Shown piece after piece: positions 11,900-20,791 of a DNA stretch of 41,272 nt. Every line of letters begins with the position of its first letter. The stretch's first letter is position 1. The notes under the pieces were generated by a model. It ran no database searches, was not told the origin of the DNA, and saw only the letters and a list, made by a program, of their open reading frames with translations. Source of the DNA: Craspedostauros australis (Eukaryota); NCBI GenBank assembly GCA_030167865.1, contig JALAGF010003411.1, forward strand, positions 1 through 41,272, given 5' to 3'. A program made the position numbers and the translations under genes.

Positions 11900-12490
11900 A
11901 GATCGCGGAAGCTGGTAGCGCACTCCTGCCATGCACTCTTGCATTGATGGGCCCCAATGCTCATCATGGAGGTGTCCGCATAATGTGGTTTTGTTGTTGC
12001 TATCGCTGTCGGTAATGCTGCTACCATCCCAGCACTTCCACTGTCGATGCCTGGATTGGCGTTGCCAATGCCGATGCTGTTCATGTAGGATAGATACGTC
12101 GTGAAGATACAACTCGCGATAGTCAGAGACATGATACATTTGTAGCACAAATACAGAGAGCATCAAACAAGAATGTGGCATTTGAATAGCTGTGGTTGTC
12201 TATGCTCGAACCGTGGCACGAACCAATGACAAGTGCCGCACGGTCTGTGCTTTGTCCGTGTGCAAGAACAATTTTGAATTTCGAAATTGCGTTGGAGAAA
12301 CATGCAAATGCGGCGTCAAGAGCCGCATCTCGCCAAAGAAAGAGGGAGGAACTTCGACACAAGAACAGACAGTCAATGCCATTGTCAGAGACCGCTGGCA
12401 TCTGCACAAATCCATCCACTTGCACTGGTATCGTCCCAGGCAAGGAGCATCACCTCCCAGCCGTCTGTCTTGTTGGACATCACGCCTGCT

Positions 12491-12530
12491 GCATCCACTG
12501 TTGTGGCATCCACTGTTGTGGCCTCCACAT
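12491..12530. repeat. 15-bp tandem repeat (gcatccactgttgtg) x2 plus a partial copy
   Basis: Directly visible tandem duplication; reads ASTVV ASTVV AST in one + frame. Confidence 0.7.
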
Positions 12531-12793
12531 CCGTCGCACCGACCTCTCCATCCAACAAGAAGAGGTCATTGGGTCAGACAGCCATCAACCCGTCTCTCTA
12601 TCGAATGGAATCGCGGTGAATCCCAACGCAGACAGAAGACGCAGATCGCACTGCAAAGCTCGTCATAGTATCAGTGCCAGGACGAGAACTAGTACTCGCA
12701 CGCACATTTGCAAAGAGATCCCTGTGTCCCACATCTCCCAAAGATACATTATTATATGATATTGCATTGTATAATATCATAGCACACGAGACC

Positions 12794-13018
12794 ATGTCGA
12801 AGAAAGAAGAATACCGCCGATACTTGGAACAGACGGGCGTCCTGGACGCGCTCACGAAGGTGCTGGTGGGTCTCTACGAAGAACCGGACCGTCCGACGGA
12901 TCCCATCGAGTACATCAAGAAGTACATCGGTGCGCCGACCAACGTGGACGTCGAAGGATTGAAGCGTGAAAATGAAAAGCTCAAGCAGGAACTGGAATCG
13001 TACCGCGGCAAGAAGTGA
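12794..13018 (+). CDS. MYCBP: c-Myc-binding protein homolog (MYCBP/AMY-1)
   Basis: MSKKEEYRRYLEQTGVLDALTKVLVGLYEEPDRPTDPIEYIKKYIG matches the MYCBP family signature and is followed by a coiled coil. ATG at 12794; a small upstream exon cannot be excluded. Confidence 0.88.
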   Translation: MSKKEEYRRYLEQTGVLDALTKVLVGLYEEPDRPTDPIEYIKKYIGAPTNVDVEGLKRENEKLKQELESYRGKK

Positions 13019-13153
13019 GACGAATGCGTTGCAGCATCAGGGTGGAGGCACTACATGCTCGAGACTACGATCACGATGCTCTACATACGTGTCTGCGACG
13101 TGCATAGTCTGCGGTGCGCATAGCCTGCAGGGTAGATGTCGATTGCATGGAAA

Positions 13154-15478
13154 TCAGGCATCGATGGCATGCCGTTCCCAATGCAATGCCGATAACTTTT
13201 CAGGGATTTTTTGTTGATGCTGCCTGCGTTCCTCACTACCTGCTGTTCCCGATGCTGTCGTCGTCGTCGTCGTTGTCGTCAGTTGGTAGCAACCAATGGA
13301 CAATTTATTCTTGATGCGATTGCGGATGGAACGCTTCAGTTTCAGGTATTCGTTACGAGATAAATGATCTCCGACGATGGGATGGCCGTGCTGTCGCAGA
13401 TACGTCCCGATGCTGCTCGTGGATGGATGGTGATGCACCTCCACTTGGATTGTGGACAGTTGCTGCGGGTTGGATGCATCCTGCATGCGTTCGAGGCATG
13501 TGAAGGTGACGGGTTCCGTGATTGCTTGTTGGGCATCATTGATTGCCTGCGAACCAGTATCGAGTTTGCTGGCGTTCGAGCGCTTCCATTGCCGTTGGAT
13601 GGTCAGCTCGACGGTGGTTGGCTGTGTCCACGGCGCTCTGCCATGCACCAACATGGTTAGGATGTGACAAACGCGCATGCCGTTGACCGATACATCTTTC
13701 AGCAATGCGCACAGACCCGGGCAGCAGGTGTCGAGTTTGGAGATGCTTTCGTATCGTTGCTTCTCGTGTTGCGACACCATAGCTTCCAGCGTCGCAGCAG
13801 CACCGTCCTTGTTGAAGAATCCTTTCGTGCGCACCCCTCGATCCTTCCAAACGATCAGCGTGTCGTGTTGGGACAGCCGTTCGATGATTTTAAATTGCTG
13901 CACTTTAGCGGGTGGCTGCGCAGCATGTGGGAGAGCGTATGCGATACAATCGTTCGCTGCCAAAAATCTGCCAGAATCCACAACAACGGCATCGTTAAGC
14001 ATGACATTGCCGCCCTTGATGAGGGATTCCATCTTGCTCTTGGGATGTCCGGAGGCGAAGTTCTTGAGGTACCATTTCAGCCGTTTTCCTGCATGTTCCT
14101 GAGCCACCACTAGTCGTTGCGTCGGAGGTTGGGTTTCGTTAACATTCATGTTGTAGTCATCGTTGGAATTTGTCGTGGCGGTGGTGACATGGGTGGCAGT
14201 AGTCGTGGCAGTAGTGGTGGTGATGGCGATGGGCTGCCGTGTGGATTGAATTGCAGAGGAGGAGATTGGAGTCTCATGTTTGGTACTCCTCGTTTGTGCG
14301 TGGAGCGGAAGCGCTTGCTCTGATGACGAGGAAGATCCCACAGCTGCAGCAGACTCCATGGATTCAGCATTTGCAGATTGTGATGCGTTGTAGATTGGCA
14401 ACGCTGGTGCTGCCTGGTGTCGCTGTAACGCAGACGCCGAGTCGAAGGCTTCATTGCAGATCTCGCATCTGAAGACGCCGTTTGCTTCGGCTGATTGCGT
14501 GTCGCCATTGCTGTTTCCATCTGGATTGCGTCTCTCATTTTTGGCTGCCATGACCTCAAATACAAAATGGGCGGACCCCGCGACGTTCATATCGGCAGAA
14601 CTTCCGCTATGCTGCGCACCTTCCGTCCGCCGGTGCTTGTATCCGTACTTGCCCAGGAAATGGCGACTGCCCAACTTGCCATTGCGATACCGACGCGGTG
14701 CAGCATCGCCAGGTCGCGGCGGCTGCACCCAATCCTGTGTGTCGGTCCATATCGCATGAAAGGGAACGCGCGTGGAGATCTGGCGGATGAGACGCAGCCG
14801 TTGCCGCTGCGCTGCCTGCAGGAGCTGCCACGTCTCGGGCTGCGCGCCGCACAAGCATACGTGGATCAATGCAATTGCGTCGTTGTCGTCGTCGGTGGTG
14901 GTGTCGTCCTTATTCGTATCATTTGCAGGCACAACCACTTGACGAGCTGACGCCAAATAATGGCACAGCAGCACATGATGGCGTCTGACATGCTCTACTT
15001 CGCTTTCTTGCAGCGTCTGCAATCCCAAATGAGGATGGTGGAAGGTGATGAGATTCCACTTGCTTCCGTTCGCATTGGTATCTACGATTGCGTTTGTGGG
15101 GTTTGGATTTGCGCCCATCGCGAGCTTGTGCAGTTGCGTGGCATCCCATCCGTACCGAATGTCGATGCGCTTGTGCTCCAGCTCTTGCAGAACCGCGGCG
15201 TCATCCTTGGAGGAGTAGGTGCGTATTAGATCCTCCTTGGATTGCAACGTGGATGCCGTCAAGTGGATCCTGTCACCGTAGGCTCGAGCCATGGCCAACG
15301 AAAGCGAAAGGTCGCCATCACCAACAGTCAACACACGCATGGGTGTCTGAGACTGAGAAAAAGGTGCAGGAGGACTTTGGGCGACAGCAGGGCTCGGTTC
15401 ATCCGCGCTCTCCATCATCTCGGACGAAGTTCGTTTCACGGTTGCTGGTGTTTCCACATTGATTGTCACTTCTAACAT
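13154..15478 (-). CDS. Multidomain RNA-modification protein: BMT5/DUF2431-like rRNA methyltransferase + C2H2 zinc finger + S4 + degenerate RluA-like pseudouridine synthase
   Basis: One open frame (first ATG 15478). It contains RVLTVGDGDLSLSLA...TAST...GWDATQL...FHHPHLG (DUF2431), CEICNEAFDSASALQRH (C2H2-like) and AGKRLKWYL...LIKGGNVMLND (S4). The C-terminal IVWKDRG...SKLDTCCPGL...GHPIVGD is RluA-like. Confidence 0.78.
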   Translation of the reverse strand: MLEVTINVETPATVKRTSSEMMESADEPSPAVAQSPPAPFSQSQTPMRVLTVGDGDLSLSLAMARAYGDRIHLTASTLQSKEDLIRTYSSKDDAAVLQELEHKRIDIRYGWDATQLHKLAMGANPNPTNAIVDTNANGSKWNLITFHHPHLGLQTLQESEVEHVRRHHVLLCHYLASARQVVVPANDTNKDDTTTDDDNDAIALIHVCLCGAQPETWQLLQAAQRQRLRLIRQISTRVPFHAIWTDTQDWVQPPRPGDAAPRRYRNGKLGSRHFLGKYGYKHRRTEGAQHSGSSADMNVAGSAHFVFEVMAAKNERRNPDGNSNGDTQSAEANGVFRCEICNEAFDSASALQRHQAAPALPIYNASQSANAESMESAAAVGSSSSSEQALPLHAQTRSTKHETPISSSAIQSTRQPIAITTTTATTTATHVTTATTNSNDDYNMNVNETQPPTQRLVVAQEHAGKRLKWYLKNFASGHPKSKMESLIKGGNVMLNDAVVVDSGRFLAANDCIAYALPHAAQPPAKVQQFKIIERLSQHDTLIVWKDRGVRTKGFFNKDGAAATLEAMVSQHEKQRYESISKLDTCCPGLCALLKDVSVNGMRVCHILTMLVHGRAPWTQPTTVELTIQRQWKRSNASKLDTGSQAINDAQQAITEPVTFTCLERMQDASNPQQLSTIQVEVHHHPSTSSIGTYLRQHGHPIVGDHLSRNEYLKLKRSIRNRIKNKLSIGCYQLTTTTTTTTASGTAGSEERRQHQQKIPEKLSALHWERHAIDA

Positions 15479-15497
15479 GTGGATTCTCCCCAAGAGA

Positions 15498-15558
15498 GTG
15501 ATGGCAGCGATGACAGTGATGACAGTGATGACAGCGATGACAGCGATGACAGCGATGG
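15498..15558. repeat. 9-bp minisatellite (gatgacagy)n
   Basis: About 6 tandem copies of gatgacag[c/t] just upstream of the 15478 start. Confidence 0.85.
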
Positions 15559-15930
15559 TGGTGTCTGTGTCGATGCCTCATGATGGGCAACGATCATGAT
15601 GAACATCACGGTTCTGGTGTCAAACACGAATGGTTGGCGCCAAAATCGTTGGAGGCGGTTTCGATTTTACGGTACTTCTTGAAACGTACTGAGTACCATC
15701 CCGCAACGACTACGTATCGGCATGGCAACTACCCGAAAATACGACACCGTCACTGGTTTGAAAACTAAACAGAATGAAAGCCACGGCGTTCGTCTGGTTA
15801 CTCGGAGCATCGTTCGTAGCACATATGCGAGTATGTAGCTACCAAAGCCATCGCATACGCACATCTGAGAAGCGTTGAGTAGGGCAGCACATACCACCAT
15901 TCACTGGTGACGACCTGCTGCTCCACCACA

Positions 15931-16812
15931 TCATATTCTCTTTTGTTTGCTACTGTCGGCAGGCGGCGCCTGTTTTCCATCGCAACCATTATCGTCTCCA
16001 TGCCGATCTCCGAACCACCAATCGTCCAAATATCCAAAGAACTGCTGCATCCGATGCGGCTTCATCCCAAAATGATGCAGCCGATGCTCCCGCACACCCA
16101 CGCACCATCGCCTCCACACATAGAAATCGGGCGTGCTCGTGTGCGACTCCGTCAACATCCACGTCACGATGCAATTGTGCAGCATGCGTGCCAATTTCGT
16201 CTTGCGGGTGCCCCACGGATTGTATTGCTGGATGCCGATATTACACAGCACCTGCAGGGATCCATCCAGCAGCGAATGGCGCAGCACGTCGCGCGCTTCG
16301 AGCGATCTGCCATGCGTCGTCTGGAGGCTGTGATGTCGCCGATGGTCCATGATGTTGGCGATCGTCCGATTTTGATGCATCAGCAGATGAATGACGAAGA
16401 ATAGAGCGTCGTACGCAAAGATTCCGGCGGCGACTTCCAATACCAGCAGCACGACGGATTGCGCATCCGTCGGTGTGAGCAACGATCGCGAGGCATGCAT
16501 TGCGGAGGCATTCGTCGTCTGTGATTGCTGCCTCCAGTACTGCAGCATGGAGATGCCGATCCAATACGCCATGAAGCTCATGTTCAAATCGCCCAGGCTG
16601 AAATCGAAATTCTGGCTGCAAAATAGCTTGGGACTTCGTGAGCGTCCTTGCCGGCGTTCCAAGTACCAGTAGATGTGAACCCAGACGGCGAAGGACATGG
16701 TGGCGACGAATGGTTCAAACCACCAGGCATCGTAGAAGGGGGTGGCTTGCCGTTCCCGCATCGCATGCCCATCATGACTTGACCATGCGTCTTCGAGTGC
16801 GTGAAACGACAT
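15931..16812 (-). CDS. Fatty acid hydroxylase/sterol desaturase superfamily protein (cholesterol 25-hydroxylase-like)
   Basis: Di-iron His boxes YDALFFVIHLLMH, HRRHH and ESH...EHRLHH, the C-terminal FFGYLD, and hydrophobic TM segments. Confidence 0.88.
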   Translation of the reverse strand: MSFHALEDAWSSHDGHAMRERQATPFYDAWWFEPFVATMSFAVWVHIYWYLERRQGRSRSPKLFCSQNFDFSLGDLNMSFMAYWIGISMLQYWRQQSQTTNASAMHASRSLLTPTDAQSVVLLVLEVAAGIFAYDALFFVIHLLMHQNRTIANIMDHRRHHSLQTTHGRSLEARDVLRHSLLDGSLQVLCNIGIQQYNPWGTRKTKLARMLHNCIVTWMLTESHTSTPDFYVWRRWCVGVREHRLHHFGMKPHRMQQFFGYLDDWWFGDRHGDDNGCDGKQAPPADSSKQKRI

Positions 16813-18288
16813 GGTCTGTGCGATGGGTGCTGGTCCTTTTGTCTTGCGTTGTCACCGATGTTGGGTGGTGCTCGTCGGACGTACCCTCCCAATCCGATGA
16901 CCGTTTGCTTCCTTCTCTCTTCGCTATCTCGATGATCCGTTCGATTGGTATTCCTTCAACCCTGCCTCGTCTTGTCCTCTTTGGAGCCCGTCTCGACATA
17001 CACGCCTCCGATGGCAGCAATGCTCTCCGTTGCATTCGTTTTGTGGACACCGCCAGATGGACATTGATCTGCCAACCACCCACTGCTTCGTTTCGTCAGC
17101 TGCGATGTGCCGCAGTGATGTGATGTGGGATGCTGGGCTTCGCGCTGTCGCTGAAGGTGTTGTGACAGGAGGGGAAGATTGGCTGTCGTGATGTGCCAAT
17201 CACACACTTGTTTTGACATGATTGAGAATGCTTGAGAAAGATACCAAGATTTCATTCGGGTGAGTCGGAGACGAAAATGTCCGGCGAACATGCTTGCGAC
17301 GTGGTTGGGCTCACGTCAGCACCACCGAAGGTGCGCTCATCGCTGCAATTTCGCGCAAGCGCCTCGCTGCGGAGAAAAGGAAGGTTCTGTTGTTCGTGAA
17401 AAAAGATGGCGAAGAACACACCGTGTCTGGCAGGCATCGATGCGAACCAAACAGGGCACGTAACATCAAGGCGGGCTGCGAGATGGACCAGGAAACTTGT
17501 TGATGGCTGAGTTTCTGCAGAATAGGTCGTAATCAAATCAACCTTGAGAAGCCCTCCGAAGATTGGTGGTTAGAAGTGCCTGAAATCATCCAATGCAAGT
17601 AGGAGAGACATCGTGATGTACCTTTGGAAGAGTGGGAAACGTACGTACCATACGACTACGGGCCAGGCAGAGTATGGCGCGTTTTGATTTCCTGTGTTGC
17701 GATCTCTTCTGAACAGAGAGTAACAAAGATCACGTTTCGAGATCATGCTGTGCCCAGATGATCGCGAGTCTGCGGTGTTGGTTGAAGAAGGATGGTTTGC
17801 TGGATGTGGAATCGGGAACGGATGGAAGAGATCTCAAGGATGGAAGGGTTGCTGTAGGTGCTGCTTCTTGCCTTGAGCGAAATGGAGAAACATGTTCCCG
17901 TGGCTACGAGTGATCGTAAAATGATTGGAGAGTAGAATGGCTAAGTAGGGGATAGTGGAATAGACTCATGAGGTGGTGTGTTTGTAGTAATGTATTATAC
18001 GTGCTAGAGTTTATGTGCGTGTTATGTTCAGTGTTATGTTCAGTGTGTTGTTGTTGTTGCTGCTGCCTCAGATGATGTCCTTGCGATTCAAAATTGGACA
18101 CCCACCTGATCTGTGCTTGGCTTGATGAAGGAGTCGGATGATCTCATCTCGTGGAGGTTGTCACGAGATGCCATTGTGCCTTGATGGTTCTTACGTTGTG
18201 TCATGTTGCGTTGATCTTGGTACTGCACAGAATGGCAGAGTCAAGTCGAGTAGAGTAGCGTGCATCTAGATCGTTGGTTGCTCCGATT

Positions 18289-18765
18289 CTAGTTTGCCAG
18301 GGAGTCGAGGGAGACCCTTCTGCCGAGGTTCCGGGAGAGGTTAGATACAATTCGCTTGGATCGGGTCAAGCCAGAGCATCGGCGCTTCGATGGTCTGATG
18401 AGGATGGCATCGATGTCTCTCTCGTTTTCCTCTTCGTCGTCGTCCTTCTGTGAGACGATGCTGCCGTCCCACTCAATCTTTGGGAACTCGATGTCCTCGG
18501 CGATTGGGATGGACTCGGCCATGAGAGACGCCATGTTGAACGAAGTCCTGAGGTTGATGCCGTCGCGTCCTCTCTTCAGTGTACTGCAGCGGTCGTTGTC
18601 GGTTGTGTCGAAGCAGCTGCCCTTGTCGAACCAGATCATGGGTTTGCTCATCATGAAGTCCAGTGCGTCGGTAGGTGTTGGTGGTATGCATCGTGATTCG
18701 GAGATGGCGAGGGCTGCGTGCAAGGCAGCTGTGGCTGGGGAGGTTGAGGTGGTCAAAGTGTCCAT
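18289..18765 (-). CDS. Hypothetical protein (158 aa)
   Basis: ATG-initiated ORF with coding-like codon bias, preceded by a (caa)n-rich 5' leader like other genes here. Short motifs FPKIEWD and GLTRSKRI; no function recognised. Confidence 0.65.
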   Translation of the reverse strand: MDTLTTSTSPATAALHAALAISESRCIPPTPTDALDFMMSKPMIWFDKGSCFDTTDNDRCSTLKRGRDGINLRTSFNMASLMAESIPIAEDIEFPKIEWDGSIVSQKDDDEEENERDIDAILIRPSKRRCSGLTRSKRIVSNLSRNLGRRVSLDSLAN

Positions 18766-19677
18766 CGTGATTTTGTTGCTGTTGTTGTTGCTTTCGGCTG
18801 TGATTGTTATTTGTGAGTGCGGTCAGTGGAGATCTCTTCCGTCATCAAGTTCGAGCTGATGCGCTCGTGTCACAGCGTAGGCAAAACACTCCACGAGACT
18901 GACTCTACGACCACCCAGTGCGGTAATCAACGGCGCGGACAAGGGCGAAACTTTTGTGACGAGGTGAGGTCGATCGGATGTTGGGAACTTCGCATCTCTT
19001 CTGGAAGACATCTTGACGTCACGTGATGACTCCCAACATCTCCGAGGCGGTTTCTCTGTGGTGGCATCCCAACGTTCCGAAGAAGGCTTCCTTGTTGCCA
19101 CTCTCATTTAAGCATCAGCCACGGCCTTCGCTGAGGTGGCCACATGCGACGAACACAACGGAGAACAAAGAATCATTCTTTGACACACAAGTGTTGGACG
19201 TGGCGGTTCTTCGAGGTTGCACGCAGGAAACAGAAGACCTGACGTGGTTCGTCGTACTCGCTCAGAGTCACCAGGATGTTCTCCGTCGCCTTCTGATTCG
19301 AGCGAGTCAATCCGATGGTATCCTCTCGAGACGAATTTGAGACCAATCGTCATCATTTTGATGCATTCGTGGATAGCTTCAATTCAGTCATTCACGCTTC
19401 ATCCTTGTGTGCTGTCGTGAGTTGTTGTCGATCGAATGAGAGAGGGGAGAGACGCTTGCCAATGCCATCCAAGCGTATGTACATACCATACCGCACCGTA
19501 CTAATACTTGCGACCCGCTATCCATCACATCATCACACACGATGCCGCATTCAATTGAGGGGGGGATGGAAGCTCCAACCTTCATGCCATGAGTGTGGTT
19601 CTGCCAACTCTCCTCTTCTCTCCTCCGCTGCTCAACGCAACACACGAATACTTCATCAGTAGTCTCAGACAGCCAAG

Positions 19678-20601
19678 ATGACGACGAGAATCTCTCCTAT
19701 CCAAGACATCGCATCCATTCGAATGGAAGAAAAGGAGCAGCCTCTTTTCCCGTTCCTCCAGGACAACATCAACCACCACTACCAACAGCAGCAACATCAT
19801 CAACAACAACAACAACAATCATCATCGTTGTCGTCGTCATCATCATCAGACAGCTTCGCAACGCTCTTCCATCGTCTTGAGCAGCTGGAGAAATGGCACG
19901 AACTGGCGATCCGTCCGAGCACCGAAGCATTGTGCCATCAAGAAGACCTGGATCTGTTCCGTTCCGAGCAGGACGACCTTGCCGTGTTGACGCAACGATG
20001 CCAAACCGTTCGGGAGACTATGAATCATCACCTCCCTCCTCACAAGCAGCTGCTGGATGATCACCTCGTGTCCAAAACGAGCCAAGTCCCAAATGCAGGA
20101 TTGGGCTTGTTTTATGAACCGGAACTGATGAGAAGGGATACCCCAACATGCACCGCCGCCACCACCAATGACAACAACAATGACAACAACGACGACAACA
20201 AAGACGACAACAAAGACGACGACAATGATGACCAGATCATTCCGAAAGGAACCCCGATCTGCATCTACACTGGCCATGTCCACACCTACGCATCCGTCAA
20301 ACGGTTGAAGGATAGGGGATACTTGATGGCCATCCTGGAGGGAATATTCGTTGATCCTGGACCGGTGCATCGCATCAAGGCCCGGTACATCAACGATCCG
20401 TTGAACGAAGATGTGGTGAATTGCATGTACGAACCGCATCGACTGTGCGCCATCGTTGTTGCGAAGCGGGGCATCCGACCTGGCGAGGAACTGTTCGCCT
20501 CCTACGGAGATGGATACTGGGCGCAACAACCGGAGGATGGGACAATCCTCCAACCGAAAGGGCCATTATCCGGACTGAAGCATCCAACACCTGCAGGTTG
20601 A
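19678..20601 (+). CDS. SET-domain protein (lysine methyltransferase-like)
   Basis: SQVPNAGLGLF, IPKGTPICIYTG, ARYIND...NC and VAKRGIRPGEELFASYGDGYW are SET motifs I-IV. A D/N-rich insertion lies after motif I. Confidence 0.88.
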   Translation: MTTRISPIQDIASIRMEEKEQPLFPFLQDNINHHYQQQQHHQQQQQQSSSLSSSSSSDSFATLFHRLEQLEKWHELAIRPSTEALCHQEDLDLFRSEQDDLAVLTQRCQTVRETMNHHLPPHKQLLDDHLVSKTSQVPNAGLGLFYEPELMRRDTPTCTAATTNDNNNDNNDDNKDDNKDDDNDDQIIPKGTPICIYTGHVHTYASVKRLKDRGYLMAILEGIFVDPGPVHRIKARYINDPLNEDVVNCMYEPHRLCAIVVAKRGIRPGEELFASYGDGYWAQQPEDGTILQPKGPLSGLKHPTPAG

Positions 20602-20791
20602 GTTGGATGGTCAAAGCCTGCATCAAAAAGCAAAACAGAAATGCTACAAAACATACTAGTGTTCTACATTCACACATCACTATACAATAATAGTAACAAT
20701 CACATGGCAACCAACGACTCCAAACAAGCCATTGGCCAGGCTGAAAGTATCATTGCATAATACTCCTGCTGCACATCGCTTGCGTTTGAAT

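Noticed and set aside
15498-15558. Tandem repeats considered as a CRISPR-like array
   Set aside because: Short head-to-tail units without spacers and no cas genes; eukaryotic context.
16813-18288. 1.5-kb gap examined for a mobile element or RNA gene
   Set aside because: No terminal repeats, transposase/RT motifs or tRNA-like structure recognised.
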